DNA of 64,000 bases from Rhizobium sp. Q54 (GTDB lineage: Bacteria; Pseudomonadota; Alphaproteobacteria; UBA828). Positions 10,208-22,290 of the stretch are shown in pieces. The stretch lies in contig CAMDDO010000002.1 of the NCBI GenBank assembly GCA_945892755.1, positions 58,418 through 122,417 of the forward strand, in the 5' to 3' direction. Below the pieces are notes generated by a model. It was given only the letters and a program-made list of their open reading frames with translations. It searched no databases and was not told where the DNA came from. Every line of letters starts with the position of its first letter. Position 1 is the stretch's first letter. The translations under genes were made by a program, and so were the position numbers.

Positions 10208-10699
10208 ATGCCGCAGATGAACGCAGACGACTGGCCCACGCAGATCGCGTGGCTCATCGTCACCTTCGCCGTTCTCCTGACCCTGATGTGGGGCTTCGCG
10301 CTGCCGCGGGTGCGTCGCGTGCTCGATCGCCGGCGCGAAAAGATCGCCGACGACATCGGCAAGGCCGAAGCCCTGAAGAGCGAGGCCGAGGCCGCGCTTA
10401 AAGCCTATCAGGCCGCGCTCGCCGAGGCCCGCGCCAAGGCGCAAACCATGCTGGCCGAGATGCAGGCGCGGCTGGATAAAGAGGGCGCGGCGCAGCGCGC
10501 CAAGCTCGACACCGAGCTCAACATCAAGGCGGCGGAGGCCGAGGCACGGATAAGGCGCGCCCGCGCTGAGGCGATGGCGAGCCTGAAGGATGTCGCGGCC
10601 GAGGCCGCGCGCGAGGCCACGCGGCGCCTGATCGGGGTCGAGCCCGACCGCGGCTCGGTCGAAGCCGCGGTCATGGCCGCGCTCGAGACGAGGTCATAG
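10208..10699 (+). CDS. F0F1 ATP synthase subunit b'
   Basis: MPQM..WPTQIAWL..F..LPR, one TM helix plus coiled coil. Confidence 0.92.
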   Translation: MPQMNADDWPTQIAWLIVTFAVLLTLMWGFALPRVRRVLDRRREKIADDIGKAEALKSEAEAALKAYQAALAEARAKAQTMLAEMQARLDKEGAAQRAKLDTELNIKAAEAEARIRRARAEAMASLKDVAAEAAREATRRLIGVEPDRGSVEAAVMAALETRS

Positions 10700-10702
10700 G
10701 CG

Positions 10703-11272
10703 ATGAAAAAGGCCGTCAGAAGCTGGAAGTTCTGGGTCTTCATCGGCTTCATGGCGATTGCCGGCATCGCCGGCGGCACCGTGACCGAGAGCGTGGAGGA
10801 CGCCAATCTCTGGATCCTGGGCGCGTTCATCTGTTTCTTCCTGGTGTTCGGCGGCACGGCCTATCAGAAGGCCATGGGCGCGCTCGACGCGCGCACCGAG
10901 CGCATCAAGAAGGAGCTCGACGACGCGGTCGCCTTGCGCGACGACGCCCAGAGCCTGCTCGACGATTATCGCTCGAAGCGCGCCCAGGCCGAGGCCGACG
11001 CGCTCGCCATGATCGAGCACGCGCAAATCGAGGCCGAGCGACGCGCGCAAGCCGCCAAGCGCGAGCTCGAAATCGCCATGGAACGCCGCGCCCAGATGGC
11101 GCTGCAACGGATCGCCCAGGCCGAGGCGGATGCACTGCGCGAAGTGCGCTCGGCCGCCGCGACGCTCGCCATCCAAGCGACCGCGCGCCTGATCGCGCAG
11201 AACATGGGGCCGGAGCGCGCCGAGGCGATGGTGCAGGAGTCAATCCGGCAGGTGCAGCAGAAGCTGCATTGA
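10703..11272 (+). CDS. atpF: F0F1 ATP synthase subunit b
   Basis: TM segment then LDARTERIKKELDDA, IAQAEADA; operon position. Confidence 0.9.
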   Translation: MKKAVRSWKFWVFIGFMAIAGIAGGTVTESVEDANLWILGAFICFFLVFGGTAYQKAMGALDARTERIKKELDDAVALRDDAQSLLDDYRSKRAQAEADALAMIEHAQIEAERRAQAAKRELEIAMERRAQMALQRIAQAEADALREVRSAAATLAIQATARLIAQNMGPERAEAMVQESIRQVQQKLH

Positions 11273-11276
11273 ACGG

Positions 11277-11304
11277 CCCTTCCTCCCTGGAGAGGGAGGA
11301 AGGG
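11277..11304. repeat. Palindromic hairpin (REP-like)
   Basis: cccttcctccct-ggag-agggaggaaggg, perfect 12-bp stem. Confidence 0.65.
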
Positions 11305-11327
11305 TTGTGGTTGGGGGGGGTGAACCG

Positions 11328-11354
11328 AAGCGGCCGAGGGGCCGCTTTTTGTTT
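11328..11354 (+). terminator. Intrinsic terminator of the atp F0 operon
   Basis: aagcggcc-gagg-ggccgctt followed by tttgttt. Confidence 0.75.
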
Positions 11355-11539
11355 GCGCCCGTCATTCAGATCAAAGGCCGCTTTCTCCCGCCGGCGGGAG
11401 GCGAGGATGGTCCAAGCTCGCTCAATCTCATCTGGATTCGCTCTCCGCCCCGCCGCCGGAGAGGGAACAGTGGCGATGTCCCGTTCCGCTTCTCTATCGG
11501 CGATTGTCCGGTCTCAGCGGGAGGGAGGAAGGATGATCC

Positions 11540-14440
<2,901 letters not shown>

Positions 14441-14459
14441 GAAAGGCTCCTCGCTCCTT

Positions 14460-14530
14460 CCTCATGCTTCGACACTCTCGGCATGAGGGGGTTCTTTCGT
14501 CTCATCCTAGGTTCATCGAAGAATGAGGCG
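14460..14530. repeat. Degenerate pair of inverted palindromic units (REP-like doublet)
   Basis: cctcatgc..gcatgagg and ctcat..atgag hairpins; the two units are roughly reverse complements (ttcga..atgag / ctcat..tcgaa). Confidence 0.55.
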
Positions 14531-14542
14531 GGTGGTGGGTGG

Positions 14543-14920
14543 CTATTTTTGGCCTTCGATAAACTTCGCATAGGCGGCTTCGTCCATCAGCGCAGAGCCA
14601 TCGCCCGGATTGGCGAGCTTGAGCTTCAAGAACCAGCCATCGCCGGTCGCCGCGCGATTGATCAGCGCAGGGTCATCGGCGAGCTTGGCATTGACCTCGA
14701 TCACCTCGCCCGCGATCGGCGCGTAGACCTCGCTCGCCGCCTTGACCGATTCGACCACCGCGACTTGGCCGCCAGCCTCGACCTTTTTGCCGATCGGCGG
14801 CAGCTCGACATAGACGACGTCGCCAAGCTGGCCTTGCGCGTAATCCGAAATTCCCATCGTGGCGACGCCGCCGTCGATGCGCGCCCATTCGTGGCTCTTG
14901 ATGTATTTCAGGCCGGCCAT
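14543..14920 (-). CDS. gcvH: Glycine cleavage system H protein
   Basis: SHEW, GISDYAQGQLGDVVYVELP, lipoyl motif VESVKAASE. Confidence 0.97.
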   Translation of the reverse strand: MAGLKYIKSHEWARIDGGVATMGISDYAQGQLGDVVYVELPPIGKKVEAGGQVAVVESVKAASEVYAPIAGEVIEVNAKLADDPALINRAATGDGWFLKLKLANPGDGSALMDEAAYAKFIEGQK

Positions 14921-14939
14921 GTCGGGTTCCTCTTTGCTC

Positions 14940-16061
14940 TCAGGCTTTGTGGTAGCGATGCGGCACGAAGGGCAGCTGGGCGATGCGAGCGAGCCTCGGC
15001 TCACCGCGCACAATGAGCCGGACCGGCGTGCCAATATCGGCCGTGCGCACCTCGACATGGCCCATGGCGATCGGCACACCGAGGCTCGGGCTGAAGCCGC
15101 CGCTGGTCACCGTGCCGACGGGAACACCGGCTTCGTCCTGAATCTCGGTGCCCTCGCGCGCCGGCGCCTTGCCCTCGGGCAGAATGCCGACGCGCCGGCG
15201 CGCCGGCGTGCCGCGCAACTCGGCCAAGATGCGCGCGTCGCCGACGAAACCGGCTTCGCGCCGCCGGCGCCTGCCGATCGACCAAGCCAGCCCGGCCTCC
15301 ACCGGCGAAACCGCCTCGTCGATGTCGTGGCCATAAAGGCAGAGCCCAGCCTCAAGGCGCAATGAATCGCGTGCGCCCAGCCCGGCCGGCTTGACCTCAG
15401 GCTCGGCCGCGAGGCGCCGCCAGATCTCCTCCGCGGCTTCGGACGGCATCGAGATTTCAAAGCCGTCTTCGCCGGTGTAACCGGAGCGCGAAATCACCAC
15501 ATCGACCCGGCCGATGCGGGTCGGCACGGCGGTCATGAACGAAAGGCGCGCGGCACGCGGCGCGTGGCGCGCCAGCACACCCGCCGCCTGGGGCCCCTGC
15601 AGTGCGATCAGCGCGCGACCTTTGAGCAGCGCGATATCGACCGCGTGGCCGAGCCGGGCGTCGAGATGCGCGAGATCGTCAGGCTTGCGCGAGGCGTTGA
15701 CCACCAGCATTAAGCGGCCGACCCCATTGGTCACCATCAAATCGTCTATGATGCCGCCGCCCTCATTGGTGAATTGGGTGTAGCGCATCGCCCAGGGCGG
15801 CAGCTCGAGCAGATCGGCCGGGACCAGCCGCTCGAGCGCGCGCACCGCCTCGTCGCCCCACAGGCTGACCTGACCCATGTGCGAGACGTCGAACAACACG
15901 GCCTGGCTTCGCGCGTGCTTGTGCTCGGCGATGATGCCATCGGAATAATGCACCGGCATCTCATAACCGGCGAAGCCGACCAGCTTCGCGCCGTGGGCCG
16001 CGTGCCACGCGTGAAGCGGCGTGCGCAGCAGCGGCGCGGAAGGCGGTGCGGAATCGGCCAT
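14940..16061 (-). CDS. gcvT: Aminomethyltransferase, glycine cleavage T protein
   Basis: LFDVSHMGQ, SRSGYTGEDGFE, GLGARDSLRLEAGLCLYG. Confidence 0.97.
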   Translation of the reverse strand: MADSAPPSAPLLRTPLHAWHAAHGAKLVGFAGYEMPVHYSDGIIAEHKHARSQAVLFDVSHMGQVSLWGDEAVRALERLVPADLLELPPWAMRYTQFTNEGGGIIDDLMVTNGVGRLMLVVNASRKPDDLAHLDARLGHAVDIALLKGRALIALQGPQAAGVLARHAPRAARLSFMTAVPTRIGRVDVVISRSGYTGEDGFEISMPSEAAEEIWRRLAAEPEVKPAGLGARDSLRLEAGLCLYGHDIDEAVSPVEAGLAWSIGRRRRREAGFVGDARILAELRGTPARRRVGILPEGKAPAREGTEIQDEAGVPVGTVTSGGFSPSLGVPIAMGHVEVRTADIGTPVRLIVRGEPRLARIAQLPFVPHRYHKA

Positions 16062-16115
16062 GCGACTCTCCCAACGGAACAGGCAAACACCCGCGACCCA
16101 AGTCGGTCGCCCGGT

Positions 16116-16328
16116 GCCCCCTCTGTCCGATGACCTGAAAGATTGGCCGGGCCGGCGCGTATGTCCCGCGCCAGCTCGGCTTACCTCGTCGGTGAGGCCG
16201 CCGCTAAGGCAGCGGCCTGCTTTCCAGAGTCACATTCCCCAGCGGTCCGCTTTGCCTGAGAGTTTCCGGGGCGGTTGCTCCTTCGGCGCCGAGCGGCGGT
16301 TTAGCCGCGCGGTCTCTCCCACTGGGTT
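16116..16328 (-). ncRNA. Tandem glycine riboswitch (two aptamers)
   Basis: Minus strand reads GGAGAG..CGCCGAAGGAGCAA..AAACTCTCAGG..ACCG, then CTCTGGAAAG..CACCGACGAGGTAA..AATCTTTCAGG..GACAGAG; directly upstream of gcvT. Confidence 0.93.
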
Positions 16329-16351
16329 CACGTGCAAGAGCCGGTGACCTC

Positions 16352-16379
16352 ATACTACCCGCCCATTGCACGGGGTCAA
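16352..16379 (-). promoter_or_regulatory. sigma70 promoter of the riboswitch-gcvTHP transcript
   Basis: TTGACC-16 nt-TAGTAT on the minus strand, just 5' of the riboswitch. Confidence 0.6.
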
Positions 16380-16392
16380 CGCCCGGGCGAGC

Positions 16393-16947
16393 TCAACGCC
16401 GCTTGCGCTTGAGGTTTTCTTCGAGCTGCCTCTGATCGAGCTGAAGCCCGACCAGGATTTCGTAGTCCGAGCCGACGAAATCGGGTCCGATCGGGATGAT
16501 CTGCTCGATCTCCTCGACCGTCCGGGCGATGATGCCGCTTTCGGTGAAAATCAGGCGCGGTCGAAACAGCGCCTTGCCGAGGATGCGCCCACCCGGCTCG
16601 ACCACCGCGACAAAATAGGGCACCTCGAACGATTCGGCTTCGCTCGCCGGACCGCGCTTGGCCTCGATGCTGATGGTAAGCACCGAGCCCACCCGGGCGC
16701 GACCTTCGTCGAAATCATACTCGCAAACGCCGCTCAGACTCGGAAGCGCGACCTCGAACGCGACATCGGTGATATCGCGGCCGGCGCCTTCACGATAATA
16801 GGCTGCGGCCTTGGCTTCATTCACGATCGCCGCGCGCGGGCAGGCGGGCGGCGGCAGGTCCGCGCCGCAGCCCCACAGGATGCCGGCCGTGAGGGCGAGC
16901 GACGCGACGCCGAGAAGCGGCCGGATTCGAGGGCCGAGCGCGTTCAA
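16393..16947 (-). CDS. Putative lipoprotein of unknown function
   Basis: TTG start overlaps the upstream stop (TTGA); hydrophobic signal with lipobox LWGC; PPACPR..., VPYFVAVV. Confidence 0.7.
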   Translation of the reverse strand: MNALGPRIRPLLGVASLALTAGILWGCGADLPPPACPRAAIVNEAKAAAYYREGAGRDITDVAFEVALPSLSGVCEYDFDEGRARVGSVLTISIEAKRGPASEAESFEVPYFVAVVEPGGRILGKALFRPRLIFTESGIIARTVEEIEQIIPIGPDFVGSDYEILVGLQLDQRQLEENLKRKRR

Positions 16948-17183
16948 AGCTTGCCGTGCGTGCCGTCGCAATGCGGCTTGTTGGAGGTGCGTTTGCAGCC
17001 ACACAGCCAGAGGGTTTCCGCCTTCGCCGCCTTGAACTGAACCGGTTCGAGCCCGCTCCCCACATGGGAACCGTCGCAATAAGGTTGGTTCAGGCTCTTG
17101 CCGCACGCGCACCACCAATATTTCTTGCCTTCCTTGACGCTGACTTCGTAGGGCCCCTTCTGGGCGATCACAGGCTCGCTCAT
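16944..17183 (-). CDS. CDGSH iron-sulfur domain protein (two CDGSH motifs)
   Basis: WCACGKSLNQPYCDGSH and LCGCKRTSNKPHCDGTH; GGAGG RBS. Confidence 0.92.
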   Translation of the reverse strand: MSEPVIAQKGPYEVSVKEGKKYWWCACGKSLNQPYCDGSHVGSGLEPVQFKAAKAETLWLCGCKRTSNKPHCDGTHGKL

Positions 17184-17360
17184 GGTGTGCGCCTCCGCCT
17201 CTTTCGCATGCCGTCGAATCGGCGGAAACTCTAAACATCGCGTCACGACGGCACAAGGAGTCCGGCCAAGTCGCTCACCGTCCTCCCCTCGCCAAGCGCG
17301 GGGCCCTTGATTAGGATGGCCCTTCTCGCCCGCTCCCCTCCCTCGCCGATACGGCTCTCC

Positions 17361-18323
17361 ATGGCGGTTTACACCGACGTTTCCGATGACGACCTCGAGA
17401 CCTTCCTCGAGGGCTATGACGTCGGCGAATTGCTCTCGTTCAAGGGCATCGCCGAAGGCGTCGAAAACACCAATTTCATGGTCATCACCTCGCGCGGCAC
17501 CTATATCCTGACGCTCTACGAAAAGCGGGTGAAGGCGGAGGATTTGCCGTTCTTCATCGGCCTTATGGAACACCTCGCCATGCGCGGCGTGGCCTGTCCG
17601 ACCCCGATTCGCGCGCGCGACGGCAGCGCGTTGCGCACGCTTTGCGGCCGGCCCGCGGCGCTGACCAGCTTTCTTACCGGCGTCTGGCAGCGGCGCATCC
17701 TGCCGCCGCATTGCCAGGGCGTTGGCGCCGCGCTTGCCACCATGCACAAGGCCGGCGCCGACTTTGCGCTGAGCCGCGCGAACGCGCTCTCGCTTACGGG
17801 CTGGCGCGCGCTTTACGACGCAACGCAAGAGCGCGCCGATGAAGTGCAACCTGGGCTCGCCGCCGAACTCGGCGCGGAACTTCGGGCGCTTGAAACGTCA
17901 TGGCCGAGCGGCCTGCCGTCCGGCGTGATTCACGCCGATCTTTTCCCGGACAACGTGTTCTTCAAGCGCGACCGGCTCTCCGGCCTCATCGACTTCTATT
18001 TCGCATGCAATGATTTTTTCGCCTATGACTTGGCGATTTGCTTGAACGCCTGGTGCTTCGAACCTGATTCGAGCTTCAATGTGACCAAGGCGCGGTTGAT
18101 GATTTCAGCCTACCGGCGCGAGCGACCGCTTTCCCCCGCCGAGCTTGCCGCGCTGCCGGTTCTGGCGCGCGGCTCGGCGCTGCGTTTTCTGCTGACCCGG
18201 CTCTATGACTGGCTCAACCAGGTCGATGGCGCGCTGGTGCGGCCGAAGGATCCGCTCGAATATGTTCGCAAGCTGCGCTTCCATCGGGGCGTCGGCGACA
18301 TCACCGCCTATGGGATCAAATGA
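17361..18323 (+). CDS. thrB: Homoserine kinase type II
   Basis: [47 protein letters not shown]. Confidence 0.96.
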   Translation: MAVYTDVSDDDLETFLEGYDVGELLSFKGIAEGVENTNFMVITSRGTYILTLYEKRVKAEDLPFFIGLMEHLAMRGVACPTPIRARDGSALRTLCGRPAALTSFLTGVWQRRILPPHCQGVGAALATMHKAGADFALSRANALSLTGWRALYDATQERADEVQPGLAAELGAELRALETSWPSGLPSGVIHADLFPDNVFFKRDRLSGLIDFYFACNDFFAYDLAICLNAWCFEPDSSFNVTKARLMISAYRRERPLSPAELAALPVLARGSALRFLLTRLYDWLNQVDGALVRPKDPLEYVRKLRFHRGVGDITAYGIK

Positions 18324-18327
18324 ACGG

Positions 18328-18804
18328 ATGACGGCAAAAAAAGCCGAGGCGATTGCGCGCATCTATACCGACGGCGCGTGCAGCGGTAACCCAGGCCCGG
18401 GCGGCTGGGGCGTCGTGCTCGAATGGAACGGACATCGCAAGGAACTGCATGGCGGCGAGCCGGCCACCACCAACAACCGAATGGAACTGATCGCGGCGAT
18501 CAAGGCGATCGAGGCCCTAAGCCGGCGCGTCACGGTCGAGCTCTATACCGATAGCCGCTATCTGAAGGACGGCATCACGCTCTGGCTGGCGGACTGGAAG
18601 CGGCGCGGCTGGAAGACCGCCGACAAGAAGCCGGTCAAGAATCTCGACCTCTGGCAAAAGCTCGACGCGCTACGCCACAGCCACACGATCTCATGGCACT
18701 GGGTCAAGGCGCACAATGGCCACGAGCAGAATGAACGGGCCGACGAGTTGGCGCGACTCGGCATTGCCGAGCTGCGCGACATGGCGAAGCAATCCGATGC
18801 CTAG
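18328..18804 (+). CDS. rnhA: Ribonuclease HI
   Basis: [42 protein letters not shown]. Confidence 0.97.
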   Translation: MTAKKAEAIARIYTDGACSGNPGPGGWGVVLEWNGHRKELHGGEPATTNNRMELIAAIKAIEALSRRVTVELYTDSRYLKDGITLWLADWKRRGWKTADKKPVKNLDLWQKLDALRHSHTISWHWVKAHNGHEQNERADELARLGIAELRDMAKQSDA

Positions 18805-18852
18805 ATCGCGTGGAAGGCAGGCGACGGGCGCGCCGACGGGACCTGCCGGCAA

Positions 18853-18885
18853 TCGTCATGGCCCAAAGCGACCGGGCCATGACGA
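18853..18885. repeat. Hairpin between convergent genes (REP-like, possibly a terminator)
   Basis: tcgtcatggccc-9 nt-gggccatgacga, perfect 12-bp stem. Confidence 0.6.
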
Positions 18886-18906
18886 AGAAGACATGAAGGC
18901 TGAGGT

Positions 18907-19392
18907 CTAGACTTGCGAGAGCAGCTTGTCGGCGCTGCTTTCCTTCATCTCGCCTGGATTGCTCTCGACGTTGAGCACCTTGACCACGCCATTGTCGACA
19001 AGCATGGAAAAACGCGTGGTCCGCTCGCCGAGGCCGAAGCCGCGGCCATCGAGCGTGAGGCCGGTCGCCCGCGCGAAATCGCCATTGCCGTCGGCCAGCA
19101 TGGTGACCTTGCCCGCGACATTTTGCGAATTGCCCCAGGCTTCCATCACGAACGCGTCGTTGACCGACACGCAGGCAATCTCGGCGATGCCCTTCTTCTT
19201 GAGATCGGCGCTGCGCTCGACATAATTCGGCAAATGCTTGGCCGAGCAGGTTGGCGTGAAGGCGCCCGGCAAGGCGAAAAGCGCGACCATGCGCCCCTTG
19301 AAGAATTCGTCAGATTTTATGTCTTTCATCCCATCGGCCGTCTTCTGTTTGAATGTGACGGAAGGGATATGGTCGCCGACCTTGATTGCCAT
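18907..19392 (-). CDS. Peroxiredoxin (PRX5-like)
   Basis: LPGAFTPTCSAKHLP, SVNDAFVM, LADGNG. Confidence 0.95.
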   Translation of the reverse strand: MAIKVGDHIPSVTFKQKTADGMKDIKSDEFFKGRMVALFALPGAFTPTCSAKHLPNYVERSADLKKKGIAEIACVSVNDAFVMEAWGNSQNVAGKVTMLADGNGDFARATGLTLDGRGFGLGERTTRFSMLVDNGVVKVLNVESNPGEMKESSADKLLSQV

Positions 19393-19605
19393 GAGTCTTT
19401 ATCTCCCAATTCTGCCCGAATCCGGGCTCGGTTGACGGTTTGGGCACGGGCAGCGCCGCCCCGCCGCTTGACGCCCCGAAATATGGGATTTCGGCGGGCC
19501 TAATGCAAACGTCCTACCGGGGCGCGCGGCCATCCTTTATTAACCGCTTTCCAGCCACCATATTGGCGGCAATGTGCGTAGACTGACCGGCGAGCGAGAC
19601 GTGCC

Positions 19606-20181
19606 ATGGCGCAAATGCCGAAGGCCTCAGGTTATCTCGGCGGCCACCTCCTGGTGGCGATGCCGCAAATGCCGGACCCGCGCTTTGCGCGCTCGGTGGT
19701 CTATCTCTGCGCCCACACCTCGGACGGCGCCATGGGGCTGATCGTCAACAAGCTGATCGATTCGTTGAGCTTCCCCGATCTGCTGCGCCAGCTCGGCATC
19801 GACCCGCCCGAGGCGACCGATGCGATCCGCGTGCATTTCGGCGGCCCGGTCGAAGCGGCCCGGGGCTTTGTGCTGCATTCGACCGACTATGTCCATGACG
19901 CGACCATGGTGGTGGACGATCAATTCGCACTGACCGCGACGATCGATGTCTTGAAGGCGATCGCCAAGGGCGAGGGGCCGCGCCGCAGCCTGCTCGCGTT
20001 GGGCTATGCCGGCTGGGCGCCCGGCCAGCTCGACCAAGAGATCCAGTCGAATGGCTGGCTCACCGTTCCCGCCGCAGCCGATCTGGTGTTCGATTCCGAC
20101 ACCGATCACCTTTGGCAGCAGGCGATCGCGCGCATCGGCGTCGACCTCGGCAAGCTATCGTCCGCCGCTGGACACGCCTGA
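19606..20181 (+). CDS. YqgE/AlgH-family protein
   Basis: LLVAMP..DPRFARSVVY, FGGPV, LGYAGWAPGQL. Confidence 0.93.
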   Translation: MAQMPKASGYLGGHLLVAMPQMPDPRFARSVVYLCAHTSDGAMGLIVNKLIDSLSFPDLLRQLGIDPPEATDAIRVHFGGPVEAARGFVLHSTDYVHDATMVVDDQFALTATIDVLKAIAKGEGPRRSLLALGYAGWAPGQLDQEIQSNGWLTVPAAADLVFDSDTDHLWQQAIARIGVDLGKLSSAAGHA

Positions 20182-20793
20182 ACCGAGCCACTGCTGAAGG
20201 CGCTCGGCCGCCGCCGGATATTCGGTGGCAAGCAGCGCGAAGAGCAGATGGTCGTGCCAGACACCGTTGATCCGCAAATATTGCCGGGCATGACCCTCCT
20301 GGCGGAAGCCGCAACGCTCCAGCAGTCTTTGGCTGCGCGCGTTTTCCGGCATGCAGGCCGCTTCGAGGCGATGCAGCGCGAGGGGACCAAAGGCGTGAGC
20401 GAGCAGCACGCCGAGCGCTTCGGCCATATAGCCTTGGCCGGCATGGCGCCGGCCAATCCAATAGCCGATTGTGGCCGATTGAGCGGCGCCACGCTGGAGG
20501 TTACTCAGCGTGATGCCGCCGAGCACGGCTTCATCACTGCGCCGAAAGATGAAATAGGCATAGCCGATATCCTCGCTCTCGTCCTTGGCGAGGCGACGTA
20601 GCCGGCGGCGATAGCTCGCGCGGGCGAGCGCATCGGGTGCCCAGGCCGGCTCCCAGCTGGTCAAGAAATCGCGCGAGGTGTGACGAAGCTCCGCCCAGGC
20701 GGACCAGTCGCTCAGGCGCGGCGCGCGCAAATAGACGCGCTCCGCGACGAACATCGGCTCGGCGCGGCCGCCGCCACTCAGTCGGAGCGCCAC
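20155..20793 (-). CDS. RimJ-like GNAT N-acetyltransferase
   Basis: WAELR..SR.FL..WEP, IGYWIG, GQGYM, NARSQRLL, YLRINGVWHDH. Confidence 0.9.
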   Translation of the reverse strand: MALRLSGGGRAEPMFVAERVYLRAPRLSDWSAWAELRHTSRDFLTSWEPAWAPDALARASYRRRLRRLAKDESEDIGYAYFIFRRSDEAVLGGITLSNLQRGAAQSATIGYWIGRRHAGQGYMAEALGVLLAHAFGPLALHRLEAACMPENARSQRLLERCGFRQEGHARQYLRINGVWHDHLLFALLATEYPAAAERLQQWLGSGVSSGGR

Positions 20794-21020
20794 GGCCGCT
20801 CTCCCTTCGCGATACGGAACACCAGCACCGCGCCATCCTCGCTGCTGGCGACCAGACGGTGCCCGCTGGTTTCGCAGAAATGACGGAAGTCGATCCGCGC
20901 GGCCGGATCGGTCGCCAGGATCTCGATTTCTTCACCTGGCGCCATCATGCCGAGCACCTTCCGCGCCTTCAGCACCGGCAAGGGGCAGCGCATGCCCCGT
21001 AGGTCGAGCGTGCGCGCCAT
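20778..21020 (-). CDS. TusA/SirA-family sulfurtransferase
   Basis: LDLRGMRCPLPVLKA, ATDP..DF..FC. Confidence 0.92.
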   Translation of the reverse strand: MARTLDLRGMRCPLPVLKARKVLGMMAPGEEIEILATDPAARIDFRHFCETSGHRLVASSEDGAVLVFRIAKGERPWRSD

Positions 21021-21030
21021 CGAGCCACCC

Positions 21031-22290
21031 TTAGCCGAAGCGCCCCGCGATGCGATCATAGGCCTCGAGACTTTGCAGCGTGCCGAGCGCGGTGACCGAG
21101 GGCCTACTCGTCGTGAAGGTGCGCTTGGCGAGCGCGACAACATGCGCCGGCGTGATTGCCTCGATGCGCGCGACCATTTCCTCGATCGGCAGGGCGCGGC
21201 CATAGATCAGCATGTGGCGGCCGAGCCGCTCGATCCGCGACGACGTGCTTTCGAGCGACATCATGAGGCCCGATTTCAACTGCGCACGGGCGCGCGCGAG
21301 CTCGGGCTCGGTGACCGCCTCGCACACCTTCATCATTTCGTCGGCCAAGACCGGGATCAGCTCGGCGGCATCCTCCGGTGCGGTGCCGGCATAGACGCCG
21401 AACGTGCCGCCGTCGGTATAGGACGACGCGAAGGTGAACACCGAATAGGCCAGCCCGCGCCGCTCGCGGATCTCCTGGAACAGGCGTGACGACATGCCGC
21501 CGCCTAGCAGGGTCGAGAACACCTGCATGGTCGGAAAATCGGGATGCTCGAAGGCGACGCCATCGAAGCCCAGGATCAAGTGGAGCTGCTCGAGCTCGCG
21601 TTCGCGCCTGCCGTCGCCCCCGCCATAGCGCGCCGGCACGCGGTCGAGCGAGCCCGGGCTGGGAAAGGCATCGAAGGCGCGCGCGGCCAATTCGACCAGG
21701 GTCTCGTGCGCGAATCGACCGGCGCCGACCACGACCATGCGCGGCGCGGCATAGTGTTCGGCCATGTAGCCGGCCAACACGTCGCGCCCGACCTGCTCGA
21801 CGATTTCGGCTGGTCCAAGGATGGTGCGCCCCATCGGCTGATCGGGATAGGCGACTTCTTGGAAGTAATCGAACACGATGTCGTCGGGCGTATCGTGCGC
21901 CTGCGCGATCTCCTGCACGATGACCTGCCGCTCGCGCGCCAGCTCCTCGGGATCGAACACCGAGTGCTGCAGGATATCGGCGAGAATGTCGACCGCGAGC
22001 GGCACATCCTTCTTCATGACCTTGACGTAATAGGCGGTCTGCTCGCGCGAGGTGTAGGCATTCAAATGCCCGCCGACCGCCTCGATCTCTTCGGCGATTG
22101 CCTGCGCACTGCGCCGCTTGGTGCCCTTGAACGCCATGTGCTCGAGCATGTGCGAGACGCCATTGATCTCGGCCCGCTCGTCGCGCGCCCCGACATCGAC
22201 CCAGACGCCGATCGAAGCGGTCTCGACGCTGGGCATTTCCTCGCTGACGACGCGAAGGCCGTTCGGCAGCGTGGTGACGCGCGTGCTCAT
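21031..22290 (-). CDS. M16B (MPP-like) zinc peptidase
   Basis: HMLEHMAFKGT (HxxEH), NAYTSRE, GGGMSSRLFQEIRERRGLAY. Confidence 0.95.
   Translation of the reverse strand: MSTRVTTLPNGLRVVSEEMPSVETASIGVWVDVGARDERAEINGVSHMLEHMAFKGTKRRSAQAIAEEIEAVGGHLNAYTSREQTAYYVKVMKKDVPLAVDILADILQHSVFDPEELARERQVIVQEIAQAHDTPDDIVFDYFQEVAYPDQPMGRTILGPAEIVEQVGRDVLAGYMAEHYAAPRMVVVGAGRFAHETLVELAARAFDAFPSPGSLDRVPARYGGGDGRRERELEQLHLILGFDGVAFEHPDFPTMQVFSTLLGGGMSSRLFQEIRERRGLAYSVFTFASSYTDGGTFGVYAGTAPEDAAELIPVLADEMMKVCEAVTEPELARARAQLKSGLMMSLESTSSRIERLGRHMLIYGRALPIEEMVARIEAITPAHVVALAKRTFTTSRPSVTALGTLQSLEAYDRIAGRFG

Noticed and set aside
16944-16947. Readthrough or frameshift fusion of the CDGSH protein and the lipoprotein
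   Set aside because: Ordinary TTGA stop/start overlap; the downstream gene has its own signal peptide.
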